Assembly (NCBI RefSeq): GCF_964194155.1
Contig: NC_135901.1
Location: 24,490,001-24,554,000, forward strand
Source of the DNA: Cetorhinus maximus
Lineage: Eukaryota
Length of the DNA: 64,000 bases
Reading direction: 5' to 3'
Numbering within the stretch: position 1 is the first letter of the stretch; the number at the start of each line of letters is the position of its first letter. Of the stretch, positions 23,560 through 36,829 are shown in pieces. The position numbers and the translations under genes were made by a program. The notes under the pieces are model-generated. The model was not told where the DNA came from and did not search any database. It saw only the letters and a list, made by a program, of their open reading frames with translations.

Positions 23560-25550
23560 TCAGGTGTAAAGTAGAACCAAGCTGAATAAAAAAAGGTTCA
23601 GAGCAGAATTGGAAAAGCAATTAAGAGAAGCAAAGAGAGAGTATGAAAAGAGATTGATGGCTAACATAGAAAGAAATTAAAATGTCTTCTATAGACATAC
23701 AAAGGATGATGAAGGGATGGGTGGGGCTGATTTGGAACCACGAAGGGGATTCACACATGGAGGCAGGCGGCATGGCTGATGTATTAAATTAATACTTTGC
23801 ACCTGTATTTACTAAAGAAAAAGCCATTGCACAGGTCATGGTAAAAGAGGAGGTAGTTGAGACCCCTAAAGGGTTTAAAATTGATGAGATATTGGATAGG
23901 CTGTCTGTACTTAAAATCAACAATGTACCAGGATGGTTTGCATCCACGGATATTGAGGGAAGTGAGAGTGGGAATTGCAGAGGCACTGGCCAGAACTTTT
24001 CAATCTTCCTTATACTCGGGTGATGTCAGAGGACTGGAGAATTTCAAAGGTTTCACCCTTGTTCAGAAAGGGTCTAAAGATAAGCTCAGCAACTACAGGT
24101 CTATCAGTTTAACTTCTGTGGTGTGGAAGCTTCTAGAAACGATAATTCAGGACAAAATTAATAACGGCAAATCATGTTTATCTAAAATAAAAATAGAAGG
24201 TTCTGTAAAAACTCTGCAAGTCAGGCAGCATCTGTAGAGAGAGAAACGGAGAGTTAATGTTTCGAGTCCGATATGACTCTTTCTCAGAACCGGCTTATCT
24301 AACTTGCTTGAGTTTTTTGATGAGGCATCAGAGAGGGGTGATGAGGGTAATTCTGTTTATGTGGTGCAGATGGACTTCCAAAAGGCATTTGATAAAGTGC
24401 TGCACAACAGACTTGTGAGAAAAGTTATAGCTCATGTGATCAAAGGGACAGTAACAACATGGATATGGAATTGGCTGAGCTCCTGGAAACAAAGAGTAGT
24501 GGTGCAGTGGTTAATGGTTGTTTTTCGGACTGGACGAAGATTTATAGTGGAGTTCCCAAGGGATCAGCATTAGGAGCTCTGCTACTCCTGAAAAAATATT
24601 AATGATCTACACCTTGGTATCCAGGGCTCAGTTTCAAAATTCACAACATTACAAAACTTGGAAACATTGTGAACTGTGAGGACGATAGTGTGGAACTTCA
24701 AAAGGACGTAGACAGGTTGGTAGACAGGATGGACAAATGGCAGATGAAATGTAATGCAGAGAAATGTGATGTGATTCATTTTGGTCAGAAGAACGCTGGG
24801 AGACAATAGAAAAGAAAGAATACAAGTCTAAAGTGGGTATAGGAGCAGAGGGACCTGGATGTATATGTGTATATGTTGAAGGTGGCAGGGCAAGTTGAGA
24901 AAGCAGTTCATAAAGCACACAGTATCCTGGGGTTTATTAATGGGGACATTGAGTGCAAGAGCAAAGTTGTTATGCTAAACTTGGATACAAGACTGGTTTG
25001 GCCTCGACTGGGGTATTGTGTCTATTTCTGGGCACTACACTTTGGGAAGGATGTGAAGGCATTAGAGAGAGTGCAGAAAAGATTCATGAGAATGAAGTCC
25101 CTCATCCCTGGAACCAGTTACAAATATAAATTTGAGAAGTCCGGACTGTTCCCCTTGGAGAAGAGAAGGTTGAGAGGAGATTTGATAAGAGGTGTTCAAA
25201 GTCATGAGGGGCCTGGACAGAGTGAACAGGGAAAAGCTGCTGTCATTGGTGGGAGGATGGAGATTCAGAGGACACAGATTGAAGGGAATTGGGGAAAGAA
25301 GCAATGATCATATGAGAAAAACTTTATCTCACAGCCAGTGTTGGACTCTGGAATGCACTGCCTGAGAGTGCGGCGGAGGCAGATTCCATTGAGGCATTCG
25401 AGAGGAAATGATGGTATTGTTTGAAAAGGAAGAGTGTGTGGGGCTACAGAGAGAAGACAGGGGAGTGGCACCAGATGGATACCTCCTTTAGGGAGCCAGA
25501 ATAGACGCAAGGGGCTGAATGGCCTCCTTCTGTGCTGTAACGATTCGATG
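23560..25550 (+). mobile_element. Decayed CR1 LINE, with a nested PLE pLTR at ~24185-24290
   Basis: DGLHPRILRE, NYRSISLTS, MDFQKAFDKV, LERVQKRF fragments and CR1 tail; the insert splits the motif GKSCL/SNLLEFF. Confidence 0.9.
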
Positions 25551-25559
25551 ATCCTGAAG

Positions 25560-25960
25560 CAGTGTGACTGGAAAAGCACCGAGACACACAAACCCTGGTT
25601 AGAGCACACCTGGAGAACTGTGTTCAGTTCTGGGCAGCAAACCTTAGGAAGGATAAAATGGCCTTGGAGGGAGTGTAGCACAGATTTACCTGAATAATAT
25701 CCGAACCCGAAGGGTTAAATTACAAGGCAAGATTGCATACAAGAGTCACCGAGACATTATGACATAGAGGAGGCCGTTCGGCCCACTGAGTCCATGCCAG
25801 CTCTCCAGAGCAATCTAGTCAGTCCCATTTCCTTGCTCTATCACTGTATTCTCGCAGATTTATTTCCCTCAAGTGTTTATCCAATTTCCTTTTGAGATCA
25901 TTCACTATGTCCATTGCCACTCCCCGTCATAGGCAGCAAGTTCCAGCTCATTATCACTCG
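25560..25960 (+). repeat. Direct repeat copy 1 (ZNF-leader/CR1 chimera); copy 2 at 28620-29015
   Basis: GTGTGACTGGAAAA...GAGACACACA.ACCCTGGTTAGAGCACACCTG... colinear over ~400 bp. Confidence 0.85.
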
Positions 25961-27154
25961 TTCTCAGAGGGCCAATAGGCTGTGGAATTCTCTTCTGAGA
26001 CCAGGGGGGCTGGGTCATTGAATATATTCAAGGCTGAGTTATATAGATTCTCGATTGACAAAGGAGTCGCAGGTTATAGGGGATAAATAGGAAAATAGAG
26101 TTGAGGCCACAATCAGATCAGCCGTGATCTTATCAAATGGTGGAGCAGGTTTGAGGGGCCGAATGGCCTACTGTTGCTCCTAATTCCAATGTTCATATGT
26201 ATGGAAACTCAGTACAGTCATGCCAGGGAGAGGGTGTTCAGCAGTTGAAATCAGTGAGGACTCTGATTTCTGGGAAGGAAGGAAACTCTGGGAGTTGGGC
26301 GTGGAGGATTCAGAAGCACTCACTGGAGACTCCAAACCTCCAATAAGAGCCTGCAGGTCCTGCGTTTGCAGCGCTGGGGCTTCTTCCCAGGAGCAGGCCC
26401 AGATTAACAGCTGTCATCTTGGTTCATCTGGGAGCAGACGCATGTATGGCCACCTTGATGATGCAACAGAGAGTGGACGGGGCTTGAGGGTGTCTGTGAC
26501 CAGGAGGGAAAATGATTAATTCATTGATTTTATTGTCAGTCTGCAGACAGGAGCTGGAGAACTGAAGCCAGGCAGAGGAGTGGGAGGGAGAAAACTGGGA
26601 GTGGAGGAAAGAAATGGTGGAGATGGTGAGATGGGTTTGGATTTCAGCCCAGGGAGGAGGGAGAGTGTGTAGGATGGGAATTTACAGCTTTGGGGGAACA
26701 AGAGAGAAAACAATATTCCATTAAAACTAGAATTGTCGGATCTGAATTTCTATCCTGGACTGACAGTGATGACTTTTATAAACTCGTTTTCCAGGGTATT
26801 AGAAGGGAAGGATTTGCAGATGTGAAACTCAAACTAAACATCTTCTAACAGAGTCACTCGATTCACCAGAACCTGAATACCCTCAGATTTTGAATGTGGA
26901 AGGAGAAATGTTTGTCTGTTCCATCTGTGGGGAAAGATATTGAACTTCAGTGTCACTCGAAAAACACCGAGACACACACTCACACCTGAGTGAGAGTGTC
27001 TCAGTGAACTGACTGTGGAAAGAGCTTTAACCAGTTAAACAGCCTGAAAATGCATCACATCATTCACAGTGAGGAGAAACTGTACACATGTTCTGTATCT
27101 GGACAAGGCTTAAACTGACCATTCAACCTGGAGAGACACAAGGACACCCACACT

Positions 27155-28057
27155 ATGGAGAAACCGTGGAAATGTGAGGACTGTGGGAAAGGATTCAGTT
27201 ACCCATCCCTCCTGGAAAACCATCGACGCAGTCACACAGGGGAAAGGCCATTCACCTGCTCTGTGTGTGGGGAGGGATTTACTCAGTCATCTGGCCTTTG
27301 GTCACACCAGCGAATTCACACTGAGGAGAAGCTATTCAGCTGCACTTCCTGTGGAAAGAGGTTCAGGCACTCTTCAGCACTCACTGTACACCAACGCACT
27401 CACACTGGGGAGAGGCCATTCACCTGCTCCGAGTGTGGGAAGGGATTTACTCAGTCATTCCATCTTCTGACACACCAGCGAGTTCACACTGGAGAGAGGC
27501 TGTTCACTTGCTCTGTCTGTGGGAAAGGATTCACTGGGTCATCCCACCTGCTGTCACACCAGCGAATTCACATTGAAGAGAAGCCATTCAGTTGCACTTC
27601 CTGTGGAAAGAGTTTCAGACAGGCATCATCCCTCATTTTACACCAGCGAGTTCACACTGGGGAGAGACCGTTCACCTGCTCCATGTGTGGGAAGGGATTC
27701 ACAGTTTTACCCAACCTGCTGAGACACCAGCAAATTCACACTGGGGAGAAGCCATTTATCTGCACTTCCTGTGGGAAGCGTTTCAGGCAGTCATCCAACC
27801 TCAATGCTCACCAACGCACTCACACTGCAGAGAAACCGTTCACATGCTCCGTATGTGGGAAAGGATTCAGTCGGTCATCCAACCTCACCGCACACCAGCG
27901 AGTTCACACTGGGGAGAGGCCGTTCACTTGCTCGCTGTGTGGGAAGGGATTTGCAAAGTCTTTCAACCTGCTGACCCACCAACGCACTCACACTGAGAAG
28001 AGGTTATTCAACTCTCGGTGTGTGGGAAGGGATTCACTCAGTCACAATGCCTCCTGA
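27155..28057 (+). CDS. C2H2 ZNF, 10 intact fingers; 11th finger frameshifted
   Basis: CACTATGG start MEKPWKC; 1-bp loss near 28012; ancestral HK-TGA at 28078-28080; acceptor TTTTCCAG near 26794 with dead fingers in between. Confidence 0.85.
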   Translation: MEKPWKCEDCGKGFSYPSLLENHRRSHTGERPFTCSVCGEGFTQSSGLWSHQRIHTEEKLFSCTSCGKRFRHSSALTVHQRTHTGERPFTCSECGKGFTQSFHLLTHQRVHTGERLFTCSVCGKGFTGSSHLLSHQRIHIEEKPFSCTSCGKSFRQASSLILHQRVHTGERPFTCSMCGKGFTVLPNLLRHQQIHTGEKPFICTSCGKRFRQSSNLNAHQRTHTAEKPFTCSVCGKGFSRSSNLTAHQRVHTGERPFTCSLCGKGFAKSFNLLTHQRTHTEKRLFNSRCVGRDSLSHNAS

Positions 28058-29829
28058 GACATCAGCAAGTTCATAAGTGACTGCAGGGGTTGGATCCTGC
28101 TGTTCTTGCTGCTTGTAAGCTTGTTTAGTATTGATAGTCTGGCAATATTTTGTTTCTGCTGATGTTAACAACCCTATAACTGGCTGGAGTTTAATATTCT
28201 GGAGATGTCACTGATTTTCAGGACTGCAGTGTCCCTTTTTAAAAGCACCATCTGTGATCCTTCCCCTTAATTTCAAAAACTTTCAGTAGGAACCCCTTGA
28301 CAATAAAATTATGAACTTTTACTACAATCTTAAATTGATATTTGGTGAAAAATCTACAATTCAGTGTCTGAAAGATTTAACTGCAGGGATCTAAATTTTT
28401 TTGTTTCAATGCCAATGGGAAGAGGATAACCAGGGAAAGAGTAGGGCCCATTAGGGACCAATAGGCCTTGACATTTTGGCCAACATTCAAGGCTATGGGC
28501 CAAGTGCTGGTAAATGGGATTAGGTAGGTAGGTCAGATGTTTCTCATTATTGGTGCAGACTCGATGGGCCGAAGGGCCTCTTCTGCACTGTGTGATTCTG
28601 TGATTCTGAGAAGATTTCAGGTGTGACTGGAAAAATGCTGAGACACACAGACCCTGGTTAGAGCACACCTGAAGAACAGTGTTCAGATCTGGGCAACAAA
28701 CATCAGGAAGGATAGAATGGCCTTGGAGGGAGTGTAGCACATATTTACCTGAGTGATCTGAGCTCCAAGGGTTAAATTACAGAATGAGATTACACAAAAG
28801 AGTCACAGAGTCATTATGGCACAGAGGAGGCCATTAGGCTCATTGAGTCCATGCCAGATATGTAGAGCAATCCAGTCGGTCCCATTCCCCTGCTCTATCC
28901 CCGTATCCTTGCAAGTTTATTTCCCTCATTCTTCTGTCCAATTTCCTTTTGAAATCGCTCACCATGTCCATTTTCACCCCCCTCATAGGCAGTAACCTCC
29001 AGGTCATTACCACTCACTGTAAAAATATTCTTCCTCACATCTCCTGCACCTTTTACCCAAAATCTTAAACCTCTGTCCTTGAGTCCTTGTACGATCAGCT
29101 GATGGGAATAGCTTTTCTTTGTCCACTATAGACAGGTTTAGACCTGTCACAATCTCGTACACCTCTACCAATCTCCCCTCAACCTCGTTTGCAGGAACCA
29201 TTCTGGTAAATCTCCTCTGCACCTTCTCAATGACCTTCACATCCTCCTTAAAGTGAGGTGACCAAAAATGAATGCAATTCTCAAATTGTGGCCGAACCAG
29301 AGCTTTATGAAGAATTCAACATAACTTCCTTGTTTTTGTTCTCAATATCACTATTTATGAAGCTCAAGATCCAATCGGCTTTGCTAACCACTCTCTTAAT
29401 ACATTCTGTCACCTTCAGAGATCAAAGCCATGAAGCCTCAGGTCCCTGCACACTCTTTAGAGCTGTGCCATGAATAATATTTTCCCTCTCCCTATTCCTC
29501 CTGATAAAAGTCTTCACCTCACTGTGAGGGTTGTAATCCCTGGAATTTATAAGATTAAGAGCTGATTTGATCAAAGTTTTTGGGATATTAATTGGAACTG
29601 ACAGGATAGATAGAGAGGAACTATTTCCACTGGTTGGGGAATCTAGGACGAGTGGGTGGAGGCTAAACATAGAATCAGGTTCTAGCACCTTTTCAGGGAG
29701 AGAGTTCCCAATCAGAACAACTCTCTGTTGGTGCACTTCCCTGTTTTTGTACTCAGTACCTCTATTTATGAAGCCTAAGACCCCATATGCTTCACTGATA
29801 CCCCCTCAATCTGTCCTGCCACACGAAAT

Positions 29830-30680
29830 TGGTTCCAGAAATGGTTTAATCATCACTTGTACTCACAAAGCCTACATAATGATACAAGATTTAAAATAGT
29901 TCCTGTAATATGTGCCCTGAATACCACACACCCATCCCTAAGGTTATGTCATCCCATCTACAAAGACCTTGATGTTTGGATGATAAGGGAATTATCCAGG
30001 GATTTCAGAAGTCAGAACGCAGGGAGAGAGATGGGTGGACTATGACCACCTGGTAACCATGACCCCGATGTTAAGGCAGTTTTGAGAAAACACCGCGATC
30101 GTCCCTGTGATAGTGACACCAGTAAAAAGGGTGGAGGGAAGAGAGGGATCAGTGACTGGGCTGGAATAGGGGCCACGGCTGGCACGGCCACTGGGAAGCT
30201 CTTAGACATGGAGAATATGTGGGAATAGGACGAGGCTGTGAGGCAGCAATGGACTGGAATCTTCAGTAAAATAAATAAAAGGCAGAGAGATGAAATCCTG
30301 GAACAACAAGAAGGAGTGAAATCCAGAAAAGAGATGGTGGACACACTGATCGAGAGAAAGGGAACGGTCAGTGAGATCATTCAGCAGAATAAGATTGAGG
30401 TGAAAAGTCAGAACATGTCTAAAGCTGTTCCCTGTGTGATGTGAGGAGGGTTTTTATTGGATCAGGTACAAGGCCAGGAGGACATTGAAAAACAATAGAG
30501 AGTCCAATAATAGAGAACCCAAAGGGTCTGGAGCGGGGAGGGTTAATAAACCCAGGGAATCACAGGGCCAGTAGGACATTGAAAAACAATAGAGAGCTCA
30601 AAGGGTCTGGAGGGGGAGGGTTAATAAACTCAGGGAATCACAGGCTGCACAAACTTCAAGTGTGAGCCCAGACCCATTTT
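29830..30680 (+). mobile_element. Putative retroviral/LTR-element env-like fossil
   Basis: One frame with 3-4 stops: LHNDTRFKIVPVICALNTT..C..; GKR|GISDWAGIGATAGTATG (basic site plus Gly/Ala peptide); then a heptad-like helix and a Cys. Confidence 0.45.
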
Positions 30681-30939
30681 AAAACAGTGAACAAATAAAT
30701 CCCTGATTTTACTGAGATTCTTTTCCGTGTCCCAGCTCCTGTAAATACTGACGGGAAAGGGACCGGAATCTCCGGAGGCTCCACTCCGCTGGCTGCTCAT
30801 GTGGAAGTGATCTCCGACCAGATTAATGTGCTTCTGCTGTGAGTATTTAATAAAGTGTTCGAACCTCTCATTGTGCTTCCTGTCCAATATCCCCCTCATC
30901 CACGGATCTTCTGTTTTACCTATGGGGGAAAAAAAATGT

Positions 30940-31080
30940 CCGTTCACAGATTGGTCTCGATGGCGGCTGGTTTACCCAGAATCCCCATGGGTCAGAAAGT
31001 CCCCTGTCAATGAGAACGGGAACCCATAGCGCCGGAATGAGGGCCGGGCTGTGCTCTGAGGGAGGGGCACAGCTGGGCGA
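30940..31080 (+). promoter_or_regulatory. Small GC-rich promoter-like patch upstream of the 31771 ZNF
   Basis: ATTGG, GATGGCGGC (YY1-like) and TTACCCAGAATCCCC (ZNF143-like). Confidence 0.4.
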
Positions 31081-31770
31081 TGTTACTGAGGTGGAAATGG
31101 GTGGTTTTAGTGATCTGTAGTCAGAAGCTCAGTTTGGGCTGAAATATGACAACAAGATTGCAAATATTCTGGTTCAGCCTCAGAGAGCTGGTTAGGGAGT
31201 GGAGACAATGGCTTTCATCTTCCCAACATTTAAATGGAGGGAATTTCTGCTCAACCAGTACTGGATGTCAGACAAGTCAGGAAGGTGTGTGAGTTGGAGG
31301 TGATGGTGTTCATTGACACCTGTTACCTTCATCCTTCTAGGTGGAGGATGTTCAGGGTTTGGGAGATTCTGCCAAAGTTCTGGTCGAGCTGAAGATGAAC
31401 ACATCTTCACCCCCTGCATCTCCCACTCTCTCTCCTCCCATGGAGGCCAGAATCTTGTATAGGCCCAGACTGGGTGGCAGGTTCCCTTCCCTGAAGGACA
31501 TTAGTGAACCAGTTGGGTTTTTATGACAATCCAGCAGTTTTCATGGTCGCTTTTTCCTAGTGCCGGCCCCATAAATTACTAGATTCATTCAGCTCAGTTT
31601 CACAACCTGTTTTTGTGGGTTCTCTCTCACTCCCTTTTTTCTGTTTTAAATCAGTTTCACAGGGGATTAGAAGGGGAGGATTTGCAGTCAGGAAGCAGAA
31701 ACAAAACATCACAGCAGATTCTGACCAGTCACCCAATTTATCATAACCTGAATATCATTTGATTTTGAAC

Positions 31771-32136
31771 ATGGAAAGAGAAAGCACTGTTCACATCGCA
31801 GAGAAACCGTACACGTGCTCTCTGTGTGGACGAGGCTTCAACCGATCATCTGACCTGTCAAGACACAAGCGCAGCCACACCAGGGAGAAACTGGGGAAAT
31901 GTGGGGACTGTGGGAAGGGATTCAGATTCCCGTCTGAGTTGGAAATGCATCGGCGCAGTCACACTGGGGAGAGGCCGTTCACCTGCTCCACGTGTGGGAA
32001 GGGATTTACTCTTTCATCCAACCTGCTGACACACCAACGAATTCACACGGGAGAGAGGCCGTTCACCTGCGCCCAGTGTGGGAAGAGATTCACTCATTCA
32101 CCCCACCTGCTGAGACACCAGCGAATTCACAAGTAA
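31771..32136 (+). CDS. Short C2H2 ZNF, 4 fingers, intact
   Basis: AACATGG start [14 protein letters not shown]; 4 fingers; HK-TAA; AATAAA near 32213 and 32258; acceptor TTTCACAG near 31662. Confidence 0.8.
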   Translation: MERESTVHIAEKPYTCSLCGRGFNRSSDLSRHKRSHTREKLGKCGDCGKGFRFPSELEMHRRSHTGERPFTCSTCGKGFTLSSNLLTHQRIHTGERPFTCAQCGKRFTHSPHLLRHQRIHK

Positions 32137-32339
32137 CGACAGTGTTGGGATTTTGCTGTTCATCACATCTAGGACTGAATCATGTTCATTGGGGTCTGTT
32201 TCTGCTGATGTTAATAAACTACAGCCCACTTACAGGGTCTAATCTGGCGAAAAGTCAAATAAATTAGTTTTGTGTTAAAGACACAGTGTGTTGAATCTTT
32301 TTAATATCACTAACACACATTAGTTCCTTTTGAAGGGCT

Positions 32340-33330
32340 CTCCGTCTCCTCCATCCTCACCTCCAACAAGTGTGAGGAGCTCATAGAGCTTTGTCACTAA
32401 GATTGAGACAATCTGATCAGCTGCCTCTGCTGCTTCCCTCCCTTCCACTCGCCCTCCCTAAAGTTCCCCATTACCTGAGCCCTGAACTCACATCTTCCTG
32501 TCGTTTCCCTCCCATCTCCCCTCATGCCCTCTCAGAGCTCATCTTGTCCATGAAACCCACCTCCTGCACCCTACTCCCACTAAACTGCTGATCACTCAAC
32601 TTTCCAATGTCCACTGACTATGTTAATAGTTTTCTTTCTCAGATACTGTCCCTCTCTCTTTCAGATTTCCCATCCTTATACCCTTCTCAAAAAACAAATG
32701 CTTGACCCCACTGTCTTTCCAAACTATTGCCCCATCTCCAGCCTCCCTTTCCTCTCCAAAGTCCTTGAACATGTTGTCACCTCCCAAATCTGTGCCCATT
32801 TTTCCCAGAACTCCATGTTTGAATCCCTCCAATCAGGTTTTTTCCCCTGCCACAGTGCTGAAACAACTCTTATCAAAGTCACAAATGACACTATGTGACT
32901 GTGACAAAGATAAACTCTCCCTTCTCGTCCTCGACCTGTCTGCAGCCTTTGACAATGTTGACCACATCATTCTGCACCTTCGCCTCTCCCCGTCATCCAG
33001 CTGGGTGGGGCTGCTCTCTCCTGGTTCCATTCTTCTCTATCTAATCATAGTCAGGGAATCACTTGCAATGTCTTCCCTTTCCAATCCCAGAGTTACCTCT
33101 GGTGTCCCCAAAGGATCCAGCCTTGGTCTCCTCTTATTTCTCATTAACCTGCAGCACACAATGACATAATCAGAAAACACTGTCAGTTCTCACATTTACA
33201 CTGACAGTTCCCAGCTCTGCCTCACCATCACCTCTCTCGGCTTCTCCACTCTTGGTAAATTATCAGACTGTTTGATATCTGGTGGTGGATGTGCAGAAAT
33301 TTCTTCAAATTAAACATTTGGAAGACTGAA
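32340..33330 (+). mobile_element. L2-type LINE RT fragment
   Basis: NYCPISSLPFLSKVLE, QSGF..HSAET, LDLSAAFDNVDH, SGVPKGS. Confidence 0.85.
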
Positions 33331-33925
33331 TTCATTGTCTGAATGACTGGTAGAAGCAGATTTAGTAGTAACTTTCAAAAGTGATTTAAATTTCAACTTA
33401 ATATGTAAAAATTTGGAGGGCGATCGGTAAAGGGCAGGGGAGTGCGACAGATTGGTAACATTTTCAGAGACAGGACAGGCACAATGGGCTGAATGGCCGC
33501 CATCCGTGCTCTGAGATTCTATCATATGTTTATTATGAATCGTTCCATTATTATAGATGACAGAATGTCATCAAACCACAGCAGAGAAGGAGGCCATTTG
33601 GCCTATCGAATCTGTGCTGACAAATTCGGCAAGCGATCCAGTTAGTCCCACTCCCCCATTCTTTACCCCATCCCAGCATCATTTCTCCTTCAAGAATTTA
33701 TCCGATTCCCTTTTGAAGGTCACTCTTGAACCTGTATCCATCTGAGAGTGAATTCCAAATTCTTACCACTTGTTACTGAAAAGATTTCCTCATGATGCTA
33801 GCATAAAAGCAAAATACTGCAGATGTTGGGTGTCTGAAATAAAACAGGAAATGCTGGGAAAACTCAGCAGGTCTGACAGCGCCTGTGGAGAGAGAGAAAC
33901 AGGGTTAACATTTTGAATCTGTGTA

Positions 33926-36660
33926 TCACTCTCCTTCATTGCACAATACCAAATATAGAATAGCCTGTTCCCTAGTCGGTTCCTCGACATTCGAATCTAA
34001 AAAAAATCTTGTACACTCCAGAAATTCATCCACCACAGTAATATTGTGAATTTGGTTTGCCCAACCCATATGCAGCTTAAAGTCACCCCTGAATACCATA
34101 GCACCCTTGTTACATGCATCTCTAATTTCCTGTTTAATACTGTCCACCACCTGATCACTACTGTTTGGAAGCCTACAGACAACACCCAATAATGTTTTCT
34201 TCCCATTGTTGCTTCTTAGCTCCACCCAGACTGATTCTACATCTAGATTTTCTAAGCCAATTTCCTCTCTCATTATCACACTGAATTTGTCCTTAACTAA
34301 CAATGCCACACCACCTCCTTTTCCATTTTTCCTGCCTGTCCTTAATATCGAGTATGCTTGGACATTCAGTTCCCAGCCTTGGTCAGCCTGCAGCCATGTC
34401 TCTTTAATCACAATCATATTGTATCTGTTTACATCTACTGGCACTGTTAATCCATCTACCTTATTGCGAATGTTCTGTGCATTAGACTTTTTAACATTTT
34501 TACACATTTTTTTTGTACTGTGGCTATTTACTGTTAGCCCTTGTTTCCTCTGCCTTCCACTTTTGCTTTCTACTTTTCTGTCTCTCATTCCAATCTTTGT
34601 TTCCCTCTCTTGTGTCTCCCCACTCAGTTTCCCATCTCCCTGTCAGTCTAGTTTAAACCCTCCCCCACAGTACTAGCAAACACCCTAGCAAGGATATTAG
34701 TTGCAGTCCTACTGGGGTGCAACCCATCCACCTTGTACAGGTCCCATCTTCCCCAGAATCAGTCCCAATGTCTCAGCAATCTAAATCCCTCCCTCCTGCA
34801 CCATCTCTCCAGCCATGAATTAATCTGGTATATTCTCCTATTCCTGATCTTTCCAGCACGTAGCACTTGGAGTATTCCTGATTCCAGTGGAATCCTGGGG
34901 GTCTTGCTTTTTAATTTATTTCCCAGCTCCCTATATACTGCTTTCAGGACCTCATCCCTCTTTTTCCCTACATCATCGGTACCTATATGGACAATGACCT
35001 CTTGCTGTTCACCCATCCCTCCAGAATGTCCTGCAGCCACTCAGTGACATCCTTGATGCTGGCACCAGGGAGACAACATACCATCCTGGTATCACGTCTG
35101 CGGCCGCAGAAACGTCTGTCTGTTCCCCTTATGATTGAATCCCGTGTCAATATTTATCTTGCGCTCTCCCCACCTTGTGCAGCTGAGCCACTCGTGATGC
35201 CACAGGCATTTTTTAATTCATTCATGGGATGTGGGCATCGCTGGCTGGGTCAGCATTTATTGCCCATCCCTAATTGCCCTTTTCAGAGGGCATTTAAGAG
35301 TCAACCACATTGCTGTGGGTCTGGAGTCACATGTAGGCCAGACCAGGTAAGGATGACAGATTTTCTTCCCTAAAGGGACATTAGTGAACCAAATGGGTTT
35401 TCACAACAATCGACAATGGTTTCATGGTCTTTAGACTTTTTAAATTCTAGATTGTTTATCAAATTCAAATTCCGTTGCGGGATTCAAACCCAGGTCCCCA
35501 GAGCATTACACTGGATGTCTGGATTATTCGTCCAGCAACAATACCACTACGCCATTGCATCCCCTTTGCTTGGACCCAGGGACCCCTGCACTACCCGCCT
35601 AATGCTTTTACTCTGTCTGGCAGGCACCCAATCACTTTCTGCCTGTGTACTCTTTACCTGCAGTATGACCACCTTACTGTATGTGCTATCTACGAAGATC
35701 TCTTCTTTGCTTTTGCTCCACAGTGACTCCAGCCACAGCTCCAGCTCTGAAACGTGGATTTTGAGTAGCTGCAACTGGAGACATTTCCTGCATACTTGGT
35801 CACCTGGAGACTGGAAGTGTCCCTGACTTCCCACATTGCACAGGAGGAGCATTCCACTTGGCCGAGCTGCCCTGCCATGACTTAACTGTATAAGCCAGTT
35901 AACTAATGGACTAGCTGCAGCTGCAAGCAGAGCCTGTATAATCTTGGTTTTAAAGCTGGACTAAAACTCACTTTCTCCCCACCCAAAGAATAACTTTTAG
36001 CAAGACTTAGTAGGACAAGGGCAGCAGACAGAGGGGAACACCATCACCTGGAGGTTCCCCTCCAAGCCACTCACCATCCTAACTTGGAAATATGTTGCCA
36101 TTCCTTCACTGTTGCTGGATAAAAATCCTGGAATTCTTTGGGTGTACCTACATCATGTGGACGACAGTGGTTCAAGAAGGCAGTTCACCGTCACCTTCTC
36201 AAGGGCAACTAGGGATGGGCAATAAATGCTGGCCTAGCCAATGATTCCCACATCCCATAAATGAATAAAAAATTTAAAGAATGGTTAGACTTTAGATAGA
36301 AATTAATCCTTAAAAGTCCCTCTCTTACCAAACGCCAACTTAAGCACTCCAATGCAACCCAAAGCAACACTCCAGTGAAGATAAAAGCATAACTATCGAT
36401 AGCTTGCTTTTATGCTGCCTGAATCTAGCTTCTGAAAACCTGTTTAAGCCAGTTAACTAATTAACTAGCTGCAGCTGCAAGCAGAGCCTGTATAACCCCT
36501 GTTTTAAAGCTGGACTAAAACAACTTCTCCCAACCCAAAGAACAACTTTTAGTTAGTTGCTAAATTAAAGAAAGATTATACTTTAGATAGAATTAACCCT
36601 TAAAAGTCCCTCTCTCATCAAACTCTAGCTGAAGCACTCTGATGCAGCCCAAAGCAGCCG
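33926..36660 (-). mobile_element. 5' half of a CR1 LINE: repetitive 5'UTR, ORF1 (Zn motif and esterase), APE endonuclease; SINE inserted at ~35205-35555
   Basis: VECSSCAMWE..CRKCLQLQLL; VIVHIGTDDVG; ETWL, GGGVALLV, GDF motifs; duplicated block 35890-36000 / 36445-36550. Confidence 0.85.
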
Positions 36661-36829
36661 TCCTGTGCAGACCAGTGAGGGTGATAATGGAACATTTTTA
36701 TATACAAGTGCAGTGATACCTGATCACCTATTGAGTGAGTGAGTCTATAACAGTGTTATTCAAATAATCACAGCTACTGCAGGTGATTCTCTGGCTACAA
36801 TTTGATAAGAAAGGAATCAGGAGCGTGAT

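Noticed and set aside
27005-27007. TGA at a finger Cys codon (also 59090) as selenocysteine
   Set aside because: The same leader has other stops, frameshifts and lost Cys residues; simple decay explains it.
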